Of a DNA stretch of 27,823 nt, positions 7,776 through 16,257 are shown in pieces (positions within the stretch are counted from its first letter, which is position 1; the number at the start of each line of letters is the position of its first letter). This stretch comes from an uncultured Fimbriimonadales bacterium (GTDB taxonomy: Bacteria > Armatimonadota > Fimbriimonadia > Fimbriimonadales > GBS-DC), in NCBI GenBank assembly GCA_964470265.1, contig CAYYCA010000002.1, forward strand, positions 1-27,823. Reading direction: 5' to 3'. A program made the translations under genes and the position numbers. The notes below the pieces were generated by a model. The model was not told where the DNA came from, ran no database searches, and saw only the letters and a list, made by a program, of their open reading frames with translations.

Positions 7776-9006
7776 GCAGTCGCCTGAGCCGCCTGCGAAG
7801 TGGACGCTGTATGGCTTGCCCCTGCAGAAGGGACTGGCGTTAGGGGTAGGCGCGCCGCTCTATCTGCCCACTTACGGTAGTCCCATCTGGTTCGACCCAC
7901 GCCTGTTCGCGCAGGACGAAGACGAGTGGCACGCCATCGAGTACCGCATGCCCACCGAGCCAGTAGAGGTCATCGGCATCGTACGCGATTTACATGACAT
8001 CCCGCCGGTGCTTGCGCCCTATGTGCGCGTGGTCGGCTGGATTGTGGAGCGTGCGCCCGATCCGCCCCTGCCGCAGACGCCCGTACTGCTCGTGCCGAAA
8101 CTGCCTGCGCTCCTGCCCCCTGAAGCGACGGTCGTGCTGGATGCGAACGCGGGCGTGGCATACATCGAGCCGAGCGTTGCGGTACTGGCGCGCTACCAGA
8201 GCCAGCTGCTGCGCGTCGCCACCCATACGCGATTCCATCTGGAAGGCGAGCATCTGCCCGTGACCACTTGGGACGGCAGGCGCGTGTTGGTCGGGGGCGT
8301 TGCAGAAGACTGGGATGCGGTTGCGCAGACGGCGGACGCGGGCGCGGAGCTGATCTGGCTCATGACGGACGCCCTGCCCGAAAGCGTTTCAGCGATTGCC
8401 CACGCGCTCGGCGGGAAGCCGCTCTGGCTATATGACCCGCTCGCCCCGACGCGCGACGACGCCCACTGGCAACGCCTGCTACGCATGAGCGCGGAGCTAA
8501 ACCTCACGCTGTTCGTGGACACACCCGACGCGCTGCGCGAGGCGCGCGACTCGCTGGAGGTGGCGCGAGAGGCATTGCGCACAGAACATGTCCCCATCGG
8601 CGCGCTGGAGGTGGGGCTGACGATGGACGCTGCAGGCGCATACACGCTCACCGAAAACGAGGCGGATTCGTTCCCACTGGAACCGCCCTACGCCGTCTGC
8701 TGGCGCGCGGCGGGGTTCACGAAGCCGATAGCGGAGTCGCTCTGGGCGCAGCAGACGGTTGCCCGCGCGCTGGGAGTCCGACGCGCTCTGATTGCGCCCG
8801 ATGCAGCCCCTGATACGCTGGCAACCGCGCTCGGATACGAGCCGCATGCGCTCTTTCTACCGCCTGAGCAGATTGCGGACGCTAAGACGCGCCTCGCGCT
8901 GCTCAGCGTCGCCGAGTGTCGTGAATGGCTGCTGCAACGGCTGCGACGCTGGAGCGACCGAACGATTCGTCGCTTGCCTCAACAGTGGATCGAGAGCAGG
9001 ATATAA
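7768..9006 (+). CDS. Degenerate PTS Enzyme I (PtsI)-like protein, probably catalytically inactive
   Basis: Collinear EI-like segments: GLPLQKGLALG, VVLDANAGVAYIEP, PVTTWDGRRVLV, DAGAE, LREARDSLEVAREAL...LEVGLTM and IADAKTRLALLSVAEC. The TSH and CGE catalytic motifs are absent. Alignment by eye only. Confidence 0.6.
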   Translation: MREQSPEPPAKWTLYGLPLQKGLALGVGAPLYLPTYGSPIWFDPRLFAQDEDEWHAIEYRMPTEPVEVIGIVRDLHDIPPVLAPYVRVVGWIVERAPDPPLPQTPVLLVPKLPALLPPEATVVLDANAGVAYIEPSVAVLARYQSQLLRVATHTRFHLEGEHLPVTTWDGRRVLVGGVAEDWDAVAQTADAGAELIWLMTDALPESVSAIAHALGGKPLWLYDPLAPTRDDAHWQRLLRMSAELNLTLFVDTPDALREARDSLEVAREALRTEHVPIGALEVGLTMDAAGAYTLTENEADSFPLEPPYAVCWRAAGFTKPIAESLWAQQTVARALGVRRALIAPDAAPDTLATALGYEPHALFLPPEQIADAKTRLALLSVAECREWLLQRLRRWSDRTIRRLPQQWIESRI

Positions 9007-9034
9007 TACCAATCGCGCGTTCAAGTAGTACAAA

Positions 9035-9094
9035 TCGTCGGCGGGACGCCAACGCTACGAACGCGCTCGCGTAGCGTCGGCGTCCCGCCGACGA
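9035..9094. repeat. Back-to-back REP pair between convergent genes
   Basis: TCGTCGGCG-GGA-CGCCAACG-CTAC (9035..9058) and GTAG-CGTCGGCG-TCC-CGCCGACGA (9071..9094); same GCGTCCCGC core as the array. Confidence 0.85.
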
Positions 9095-9117
9095 CGCACT
9101 TGAAAACCCAGTTGGTA

Positions 9118-9888
9118 TCACTCACTCCCCACTGCTTCCAGCACGCCCCCGAACTTGCGCTGACGCCCCTGATAGTCCAGAATCGCCTCAATTAGATGCT
9201 CCATCGTGAAGTCGGGCCACAGGGTGGGCGTGATATACAGCTCGGTGTAGGCGGTCTGCCATATTAAGAAGTTGCTTGTGCGCCGCTCGCCCGCCGTGCG
9301 AATCAGCAGGTCGGGGTCGGGCAGGTCAGGTTGATAAAGGAACGCCTGCACGGTTTCTTCATCGATGGCGTCGGGTTCGAGCCGCCCTGCCTGTACCTCG
9401 CGGGCAATCGCGCGCATGGCGTCCACCAGTTCGGCGCGTCCGCCGTAGTTGATGGCTAAGTGCAGGATAATGCGCCGATTGTGCGCGGTCATCTGCTCGG
9501 CGCGGCGCAGGGTGGCTTGCAACTCGGGTGAGAGTTCCTCGATACGCCCGCTGAATCGAATCTGCACGCCGTTGCGCATCATCACGGGCAGCTCCTCGCG
9601 GGCGGAGCGCTCCAGCAGGCGCATCAGTCCCTCCACCTCTTCCTGCGGGCGACGCCAGTTCTCCGTGCTGAAGGTATAGAGCGAGAGCGCCTCGATGCCC
9701 AACTCGGCGCAGCCCAGCACCATGCGTCGGACGGTGCTGTGTCCGTTTGCGTGCCCGACGAGTCGGTGCAGCCCGCGCGCCCGCGCCCAGCGCCCGTTGC
9801 CGTCCATAATCATCGCGATATGGCGGGGCAGGCGCGTCAGGTCTACCCCGCGCCGCGCCGCCGCCTCGCGCCAGTCAATTACCTGCAT
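9118..9888 (-). CDS. uppS: Undecaprenyl diphosphate synthase
   Basis: PRHIAMIMDGNGRWA, FSTENWRRP, INYGGRAE and PDLLIRTAGERRTSNFL. Confidence 0.96.
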   Translation of the reverse strand: MQVIDWREAAARRGVDLTRLPRHIAMIMDGNGRWARARGLHRLVGHANGHSTVRRMVLGCAELGIEALSLYTFSTENWRRPQEEVEGLMRLLERSAREELPVMMRNGVQIRFSGRIEELSPELQATLRRAEQMTAHNRRIILHLAINYGGRAELVDAMRAIAREVQAGRLEPDAIDEETVQAFLYQPDLPDPDLLIRTAGERRTSNFLIWQTAYTELYITPTLWPDFTMEHLIEAILDYQGRQRKFGGVLEAVGSE

Positions 9889-9897
9889 CCGCTCGCC

Positions 9898-10485
9898 TCA
9901 GACCTCCATCAACTCTTCGTCTTTCGCTTTCTGGAGCTTGTCCACCTCTTCAATATATTTGTGGGTGAGTTTCTCCATCTGCTGCTCATAGCGTTTGAGT
10001 TCGTCTTCGGAGATTTGTTTATTCTTCTGCATCTGGCGCAGATGTTCGTGGAGGTCGCGGCGGATGTTGCGGATGGCGACGCGCCCCTCCTCGGCGCGTT
10101 TATGCACCTGCTTGATGAGGTCTTTGCGCCGCTCTTCAGTCAGCGGGGGCAAGGTAATCCGCAGCGTGCGCCCATCGCTGACAGGGTTCACGCCGAGGTC
10201 GGAACGCTGGATTGCTTTCTCTATGGCGGGAACCGCCGACTGATCCCAGGGCTGAATCAGCAGCTGGCGCGGCTCTGGCACGGTAATCGACGCCAGATGC
10301 TGCAACTGCATCGGCGTTCCATGATAGTCGACCATAATCCGCTCGACCATCGCGGGGTTGGCGCGTCCCGTGCGGTAGCCCGCAAGGTCTTGCTTGAGGT
10401 GTTCAATCGCGTGCTTCATGCGCTCCTCCGCGTCTTTGAAGAGGACATCGGCATTAGCAGGGGTACTCAGTTCATGTTTAGACAT
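9898..10485 (-). CDS. frr: Ribosome recycling factor
   Basis: RTGRANP, PPLTEERRK and RVAIRNIRRD; SD AAGGAGG. Confidence 0.97.
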   Translation of the reverse strand: MSKHELSTPANADVLFKDAEERMKHAIEHLKQDLAGYRTGRANPAMVERIMVDYHGTPMQLQHLASITVPEPRQLLIQPWDQSAVPAIEKAIQRSDLGVNPVSDGRTLRITLPPLTEERRKDLIKQVHKRAEEGRVAIRNIRRDLHEHLRQMQKNKQISEDELKRYEQQMEKLTHKYIEEVDKLQKAKDEELMEV

Positions 10486-10502
10486 AGCATCGCCTCCTTC
10501 GG

Positions 10503-11237
10503 TCAGTGTTCGTGTCGGATGAGTGTGCCAATCGGTTCGCCTAAGACGATTCGGCGCAGGTTGCCCGGCTCCCAGATATTAAAAACGACCACCTCCATCG
10601 TGCGTTCCATACACAGGGTGAAGGCGGTCAAATCCATAATGCGCAGTTGGCGTTGCAGGGCTTCCTCGAACGAGAGGGTGTCGTATTTGACAGCGTCGGG
10701 ATGTTTGCGCGGGTCGCGGTCGTAGACGCCGTCGACATTCGTGGCTTTGAGCAGCGCGTCGGCGTTGAGTTCGACGGCGCGGAGCGAGGCGGCGGTGTCG
10801 GTGGTGAAAAACGGGTTGCCCGTGCCCGCCGCCAGAATCACGATTCGCCCTTTTTCGAGGTGGCGGAGGGCGCGTCGTCGGATGAACGGCTCGGCGACGG
10901 CTTGCATCGCGATGGCGGATTGTACGCGCGTATCCACGCCGTGCCGCTCGATAGCCGCCTGCAGCGCAAGCGCGTTGATGACCGTGGCAAGCATACCCAT
11001 ATAGTCGGCGGTCGCGTGTTCGATGCCCGTGGGAGCAATCGCCGCGCCGCGTACGATATTCCCGCCGCCCACCACCACCGCGGTCTGCACACCCAGCCGA
11101 TGAACCGCAATCACCTCGCGCGCGAGGTAGTCGATCGACTCAGGGTCTAACCCAACGCCCTGTTCCCCTGCGAACGCCTCTCCACTCAGTTTAATCAGAA
11201 TCCGTCGCCATCGCGGCTGCAACTCCGAGCCTTCCAT
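10503..11237 (-). CDS. pyrH: Uridylate kinase
   Basis: LIKLSGEA, VGGGNI, ADYMGMLATVINA, GTGNPFFTTD and NVDGVYDRDP. Confidence 0.97.
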   Translation of the reverse strand: MEGSELQPRWRRILIKLSGEAFAGEQGVGLDPESIDYLAREVIAVHRLGVQTAVVVGGGNIVRGAAIAPTGIEHATADYMGMLATVINALALQAAIERHGVDTRVQSAIAMQAVAEPFIRRRALRHLEKGRIVILAAGTGNPFFTTDTAASLRAVELNADALLKATNVDGVYDRDPRKHPDAVKYDTLSFEEALQRQLRIMDLTAFTLCMERTMEVVVFNIWEPGNLRRIVLGEPIGTLIRHEH

Positions 11238-11246
11238 GTCGGCAAA

Positions 11247-11305
11247 AGTATACCCTGCAGACGCCCCGCCGTCAGCCCCATCGGTTGCTCCGATTCAGGT
11301 ATACT
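11247..11305. promoter_or_regulatory. Divergent -10 elements for pyrH (minus, TATACT 11252..11247) and alaS (plus, CAGG-TATACT 11296..11305)
   Basis: CAGGG-TATACT lies 9 nt before the pyrH ATG; CAGG-TATACT lies 22 nt before alaS ATG 11328. Confidence 0.55.
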
Positions 11306-11327
11306 CCTGTCGCCGTCATCCCGTTGT

Positions 11328-14006
11328 ATGGAGCAGAGAGCGATGCACTGGAACGCGCGTGCGCTGAGACAGGCTTTTCTGGGCTACTTTCAGGAAAAAG
11401 GGCACTTGCTGCTGCCCTCCGATAGCCTTGTGCCCAAGGATCCGTCGCTGCTCTTTACGAGCGCGGGCATGGTGCAGTTCAAGCCCTACTTTCTGGGCGT
11501 GGCGCAGCCGCCCGCCCCGCGCGTCACAACCGTCCAAAAGTGCCTGCGCACCACTGATATTGAATCAGTAGGCGACCTGTCGCACCTGACCTTTTTTGAG
11601 ATGCTGGGCAACTTCAGCTTCGGCGACTACTTCAAGCGCGAGGCGATTCTGTTTGCCTGGGAGTTCCTCACCGAACGACTGAAGGTGGACACCGACCGCC
11701 TGCAGTTCACCGTGTTCCAAGACGACGACGAGGCGTTCGAGGTGTGGAACCGCGAGGTGGGCATCCCCGAAAACCGCATCTGGCGACTGGGCGAGAAAAC
11801 CAACTTCTGGCCCGCCAACGCGATTAGCGAAGGTCCCAACGGTCCCTGCGGGCCCTGCTCCGAGATTTTCTACGACACGCGCATCGACACGGGCTGCACA
11901 AACCCCGACTGCGGTCCCGCGTGCGATTGCGGGCGGTGGCTGGAGATTTGGAACCTCGTGTTTATGCAGTACGAGCGCAGCGAGGAGAACGGCAAGCCGA
12001 AACTGACGCCGCTGCCCAAGAAAAACATCGACACAGGCATGGGGCTGGAGCGCACCGCCGCCGTGCTGATGGGCTTCGACAGCCCGTTCGAAACCGATGT
12101 GTTCGCCCCCATCGTGAAACGCATCGAGGAACTGGCAGGCGTGCGCTACAAACAGGGCGAACCGACCGATACCGCGATACGCCTGATTGCGGACCACATC
12201 CGCACGGCGACCTTCACCATTGCCGACGGCGTGATTCCGCAAAACGAGGGGCGCGGCTATGTGCTGCGACGCATTATCCGACGCGCCATACTCAGAGGGC
12301 AGCGCGTGCTGGGCTTCGAAAAACCGTTTTTCGCCGACCTTGTGCCCGCCGTGATTGACGCGCTGGGCGACCAGTACCCTGAAATCGTGCAGCGGCAGGA
12401 GTATATCCAGACCACCCTGCGCTACGAGGAGGAGCGGTTCCGCCACACGGTGCAGGCGGGCTTGGCGCGACTGGAGGAGATGCTCGCCGAACCCGACACG
12501 CAACAAAGCCAGCAACTGTCGGGCGAGCGCGTGTTTATGCTGTACGACACCTACGGCTTCCCACTGGAGCTGACGCGCGAAATCGCCGCTGAGCGCGGCA
12601 TCAGCGTCGATATGCAGGGCTTCGAGCAAGCGTTGGAGGCGCAACGGCAGCGCGCCCGCGAAGCGAGCGGCATCTCCGAGAAACTGTTTGTGCAAACGGG
12701 CGCGGCGCTGGCGGAACTGGCGCAGCAGACCGCCCCCACGCAGTTCATCGGCTACGAACATCTTGAAGGCGAGGCGCAAGTGGTCGGACTCGTGCGCGAG
12801 GGCAACCTGATTCCTGAAGCGCACGCAGGCGAGACTGTCGAAATCGTGCTGAACCGCACGCCCTTCTACGCCGAAGCGGGCGGACAGGTGGGCGACACGG
12901 GCATGATTGAATGGCAGAGCGGGCGCGCGCAGGTGCTGGACACCCAGAAAGCGAACGACTACTACTTCCACCACGCCAAAGTGCTGGAGGGAACCCTGCG
13001 GCTGGGCGAATCGGTACATGCGCAAGTGGACGCGGAACGCCGCCTTGATATTCAGCGCAATCACACGGCGACGCACCTGCTGCACGCCGCGCTCCGTCAG
13101 GTGCTTGGAACCCATGTGGCGCAGGCAGGCTCGCTGGTCGCGCCCGACCGACTACGCTTCGACTTCACGCACCCGCGCGCCGTGACGCCCGACGAACTGG
13201 AGCGCATCGAGGCGCTGGTGAACGAGAAGCTGCTGCAGGAGCTGGAGGTGCGTGTGTATACCGATGTGCCCATCGAGGAAGCCCGACGGCGCGGCGCGAT
13301 GATGCTGTTCGGCGAGAAGTACGGCGAGCGCGTGCGCATGGTGGAGATTCCGGGCTTCTCGCTCGAACTCTGCGGCGGCACGCACCTACACAACACGGTA
13401 GAGGCAGGGCTATTTAAGATTGTGCATGAAGGCAGCGTGGCGGCGGGCGTGCGGCGCATCGAGGCGCTCACAGGGCGCGCGTTGTATCAGTGGCTGCGCG
13501 AGCGTGAACACGCCGTGCGCGAAGCCGCCGAACGCCTGCAAACGCCCGTGCCCGAACTGCCCCGCGCCGTCGAACGCCTCCAACACCAGATCGACGCGCT
13601 TCAAACCGAACTGGAGCAACTCAAGCAACGCGCGGCGGCGCAGGCGTTGGAACAGATTACCCCCGTCGAAGTAAACGGCGTACCCGTGGCGGCGCAAGCG
13701 TTGCAGGGCGTGGACGCCAAATCGCTGGGTGCAATCGCCGACCGCCTGATTCAGAAAGGCGTGGGCGTGGCGGCGCTCGGCGCAGCGCAGGACGGCAAAG
13801 CGGTTCTGGTGGTCAAAGTCGCGCCTGAGTATATCGCGCGGGGACTGCACGCGGGCAACCTGATTCGGCAAATCGCCCAGATGGTGGGCGGTTCGGGCGG
13901 CGGGCGACCTGACTTCGCGCAGGCAGGCGGCAAGCAGCCCGAGAAACTCGCCGACGCGCTCGCGCTCACCCCCAAACTGGTGGCGGAGCAGTTGCGGAAC
14001 TCTTGA
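11328..14006 (+). CDS. alaS: Alanine--tRNA ligase (alternative start 11343)
   Basis: LLFTSAGMVQFK, HLTFFEMLGNFSFGDYFK, DTGMGLER, GRGYVLRRIIRRA, editing motifs HTATH and ELCGGTH, and C-terminal GGGGRPDFAQAGG. Confidence 0.98.
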   Translation: MEQRAMHWNARALRQAFLGYFQEKGHLLLPSDSLVPKDPSLLFTSAGMVQFKPYFLGVAQPPAPRVTTVQKCLRTTDIESVGDLSHLTFFEMLGNFSFGDYFKREAILFAWEFLTERLKVDTDRLQFTVFQDDDEAFEVWNREVGIPENRIWRLGEKTNFWPANAISEGPNGPCGPCSEIFYDTRIDTGCTNPDCGPACDCGRWLEIWNLVFMQYERSEENGKPKLTPLPKKNIDTGMGLERTAAVLMGFDSPFETDVFAPIVKRIEELAGVRYKQGEPTDTAIRLIADHIRTATFTIADGVIPQNEGRGYVLRRIIRRAILRGQRVLGFEKPFFADLVPAVIDALGDQYPEIVQRQEYIQTTLRYEEERFRHTVQAGLARLEEMLAEPDTQQSQQLSGERVFMLYDTYGFPLELTREIAAERGISVDMQGFEQALEAQRQRAREASGISEKLFVQTGAALAELAQQTAPTQFIGYEHLEGEAQVVGLVREGNLIPEAHAGETVEIVLNRTPFYAEAGGQVGDTGMIEWQSGRAQVLDTQKANDYYFHHAKVLEGTLRLGESVHAQVDAERRLDIQRNHTATHLLHAALRQVLGTHVAQAGSLVAPDRLRFDFTHPRAVTPDELERIEALVNEKLLQELEVRVYTDVPIEEARRRGAMMLFGEKYGERVRMVEIPGFSLELCGGTHLHNTVEAGLFKIVHEGSVAAGVRRIEALTGRALYQWLREREHAVREAAERLQTPVPELPRAVERLQHQIDALQTELEQLKQRAAAQALEQITPVEVNGVPVAAQALQGVDAKSLGAIADRLIQKGVGVAALGAAQDGKAVLVVKVAPEYIARGLHAGNLIRQIAQMVGGSGGGRPDFAQAGGKQPEKLADALALTPKLVAEQLRNS

Positions 14007-14016
14007 ACCCCTGTGA

Positions 14017-15744
14017 TTACACCGGCTCCAGCAGCGCAGCGCGGTAGAGCTGTGCATACGCCCCGCCGCGCTGAATCAGTTCCGTATGCGTACCCTGCTC
14101 CACCAGACGCCCGCGCTCCAGCACCAGCGCGCGGTCAGCGCACTGCACCGTCGTCCAGCGATGGGCGATAATCAGCGTGGTGCGCACGCCGCGCCCCTCT
14201 TCAATAACTTGCTGGATGATGCGCTCCGACATGGGGTCGAGCGACGCCGTCGCCTCGTCCAGCACCAGTATCCGCGGGTTGCGCAGCAGGGCGCGGGCAA
14301 TCGCGATTCGTTGCGCCTCGCCGCCCGACAGGCGCACTCCGCGGTCGCCAATCAGCGTGTCGTAGCCGTCGGGCAGGCGTTCGATGAACTCGTGCGCGTG
14401 CGCCTGCCGCGCCGCCTGCTCAATCTCCTCGCGTGTGGCGTCGGGCTTGCCGTAGGCGATGTTCTCGGCGACCGTGCCCACAAACAGCACCGTCTGCTGC
14501 GGCACGACGCTGATTTGCGAGCGCAGGCTCTCTAAGGTCGCCTTCTGAATATCGTAGCCGTCGAGCCGAATGACGCCTTCCTGCGGATGATAGAAGCGCA
14601 GCAGCAGGTCGACGAGCGTGCTTTTGCCCGCGCCTGAATGCCCCACCAGCGCAACCACCTCGCCAGGCTGAATCTCGAACGACACTTCGCGCACCGCCTG
14701 CTCGCCAGTGGGGTAGCGGAAGGAGACCCTGTCGAACTCGATGCGCCCCTGCAGCGGGGGCAGCGGCTTTGCGTCGGGCGCGTCGTAGGCTTCTGGCTCC
14801 ACATCGAGCGCCTCGCGGAAGATGCGCTGCGCGGCGGCGCGTACCTGCTTGCGCGTGAGCTGGATTGCCCCCACGCCCGACGCCGCCTGCGCAATCTGAT
14901 GGAGCAGGAATAGGAAACTCAGCAGTTGCGCCGTGGTCATCTGCCCGCGCGCCACCTCCTGCCCGCCGAACCACAACACCAGCGCGATGCTCGCCGCGCC
15001 GATGAACTCCACCGTAGGGCGCAGCCGCGCGCGCCGTCGCTCGCCTCGCAGCGAATGGCGCAACACCTCGCGATTGCGCTCGATGAACCGCTCAATCTCC
15101 CGATCCTCGGCGGCGAAGGTTTTGATGACCCGCACACCCGACAGCGCCTCCTGCACCAGCGCGGAGACGCTCGCCAGCGCGCCCTGCGTCTGATGCGTGA
15201 TGCGATGCACCTGCCTGCCGAGCCGCTGTATCAGCGCAGCAATCAGCGGCAGGAAAAGCAGGGCAAGCATCGCCAGCCGCCAGTTCAAAATAAAAATGTA
15301 CGCCATGAACGCCACGATGCGCAACGGCGCGTCCAGAACATCGCGCACCAGTAGCACCGCGCTCTGCAGCACGGGCACATCGTTCGTGATGATGGACTGA
15401 ATCGAGCCGACCTGACGCGACTGGAAAAAGCCGAGCGGCAGGCGTTGCAGATGGGCGAAAATGTCCTCACGCAGCTTCGCCGTGAGCCGTTGCCCTGCCA
15501 GCGCAAGGTAATAGACCTGCCCGTAAGAGAAGAACCACTTCAGCGCGAACACCCCGATGACGGTCAGCGACACGCGATTGAGCATCGCCGCGTCGCGCAT
15601 ATCCATCGAGCGAATGACCTGCTCCAGAAGGTAGGCGGTGAAGCCTGTAATCGCCGTCACGCCGACCGAACAGAGAATAGCAACCACCAGCGGCTTCCAC
15701 TGCGCCGCCACATACCGCCAGAATCGGCGCTCTACCGCGTCCAC
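14017..15744 (-). CDS. MsbA-like type IV ABC exporter (fused TMD-NBD, 575 aa)
   Basis: Multi-helix TMD, Walker A GHSGAGKST, signature LSGGEAQR, Walker B ILVLDEAT, H-loop IAHR. Start reassigned to GTG 15744, 6 nt after TACAAT; the ORF-track extension is translated REP sequence. Confidence 0.88.
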   Translation of the reverse strand: MDAVERRFWRYVAAQWKPLVVAILCSVGVTAITGFTAYLLEQVIRSMDMRDAAMLNRVSLTVIGVFALKWFFSYGQVYYLALAGQRLTAKLREDIFAHLQRLPLGFFQSRQVGSIQSIITNDVPVLQSAVLLVRDVLDAPLRIVAFMAYIFILNWRLAMLALLFLPLIAALIQRLGRQVHRITHQTQGALASVSALVQEALSGVRVIKTFAAEDREIERFIERNREVLRHSLRGERRRARLRPTVEFIGAASIALVLWFGGQEVARGQMTTAQLLSFLFLLHQIAQAASGVGAIQLTRKQVRAAAQRIFREALDVEPEAYDAPDAKPLPPLQGRIEFDRVSFRYPTGEQAVREVSFEIQPGEVVALVGHSGAGKSTLVDLLLRFYHPQEGVIRLDGYDIQKATLESLRSQISVVPQQTVLFVGTVAENIAYGKPDATREEIEQAARQAHAHEFIERLPDGYDTLIGDRGVRLSGGEAQRIAIARALLRNPRILVLDEATASLDPMSERIIQQVIEEGRGVRTTLIIAHRWTTVQCADRALVLERGRLVEQGTHTELIQRGGAYAQLYRAALLEPV

Positions 15745-15750
15745 ACCCTG

Positions 15751-15756
15751 ATTGTA
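15751..15756 (-). promoter_or_regulatory. -10 element TACAAT of the leaderless ABC exporter gene
   Basis: CAGGG-TACAAT-cagggt-GTG. Confidence 0.6.
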
Positions 15757-15762
15757 CCCTGC

Positions 15763-15814
15763 GTAGCACGGACAGTCCTGTCCGTGCTCGCTTGGACAGG
15801 ACTGTCCAAGCTCC
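15763..15814. repeat. REPIN-like inverted REP pair between divergent promoters
   Basis: GTAG-CACGGACA-GTCC-TGTCCGTG-C (15763..15787) and, on minus, GGAG-CTTGGACA-GTCC-TGTCCAAG-C (15814..15790). Confidence 0.85.
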
Positions 15815-15820
15815 ATGGGG

Positions 15821-15826
15821 TATACT
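15821..15826 (+). promoter_or_regulatory. -10 element TATACT of the leaderless RAPP uORF
   Basis: GGGG-TATACT-ctattt-ATG 15833; no SD. Confidence 0.6.
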
Positions 15827-15832
15827 CTATTT

Positions 15833-16138
15833 ATGCACAGGCGCACGCTTCGACGCGCCGCAGTGCTGGCGGCAGTGGTCTGGCTGATCACCATCGTATC
15901 AGCCGAGCTTTTGCACGCCGTCATCGAGTCCGAGAGTCAGGCTACGCATCGGCAGTGCCCGGTCTGTCTGTTCCACTCCACGCATGGTCAGACCCACCAG
16001 CCCGACACGGTGCTGAAGCCTGTGTTGCTGTTGACGCTGGTTGAAGCAGCGCCGGCGCCTGTCTACTCGGAACTGATTCCCAAATCGTATCTTGCGTTTC
16101 ATCGGAGCATTCGCGCCCCGCCTGCGCACGCGCTGTGA
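15833..16138 (+). CDS. DUF2946-like (CruR/CutF-like) leader protein with CxxC and a C-terminal RAPP arrest motif
   Basis: 101 aa: basic N-terminus and hydrophobic helix, [17 protein letters not shown], Pro-containing linker, [10 protein letters not shown]. This layout matches the described DUF2946 architecture; no profile search was run. Confidence 0.7.
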   Translation: MHRRTLRRAAVLAAVVWLITIVSAELLHAVIESESQATHRQCPVCLFHSTHGQTHQPDTVLKPVLLLTLVEAAPAPVYSELIPKSYLAFHRSIRAPPAHAL

Positions 16139-16257
16139 GGCTCCCGCTGCGGACGCACGCTGCGTCTGACGCGGTCTCTCGGCGCGGGCAGGCAAGTCCT
16201 GCTTGCGGTTCGTCCGCCATCGTTGGCGGCGCAACTATTGGCAACAGGAGGCAAACG

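Noticed and set aside
8997-9007. CAGGA-TATAAT as a promoter for a REP-derived or anti-uppS RNA
   Set aside because: The hexamer includes the TAA stop of the upstream gene, has no properly spaced -35 and no downstream gene; it cannot be told from chance without transcript data.
11565-13115. 516-aa minus-strand ORF
   Set aside because: Antisense shadow of alaS. The same applies to the long antisense ORFs over purD, the oxidoreductase, rqcH and trxB.
14340-14640. LSGGEAQR as an inactive ABC signature
   Set aside because: LSGGE variants are common in functional exporters, and Walker A, Walker B glutamate and the H-loop are intact.
15745-15924. Cys-rich N-terminal extension of the ABC exporter (CPSEHGQDCPC) as a metal-binding domain
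   Set aside because: It is simply the translated REP pair and the uORF antisense strand; a -10 box 6 nt before GTG 15744 and the usual MsbA length favour the shorter gene.
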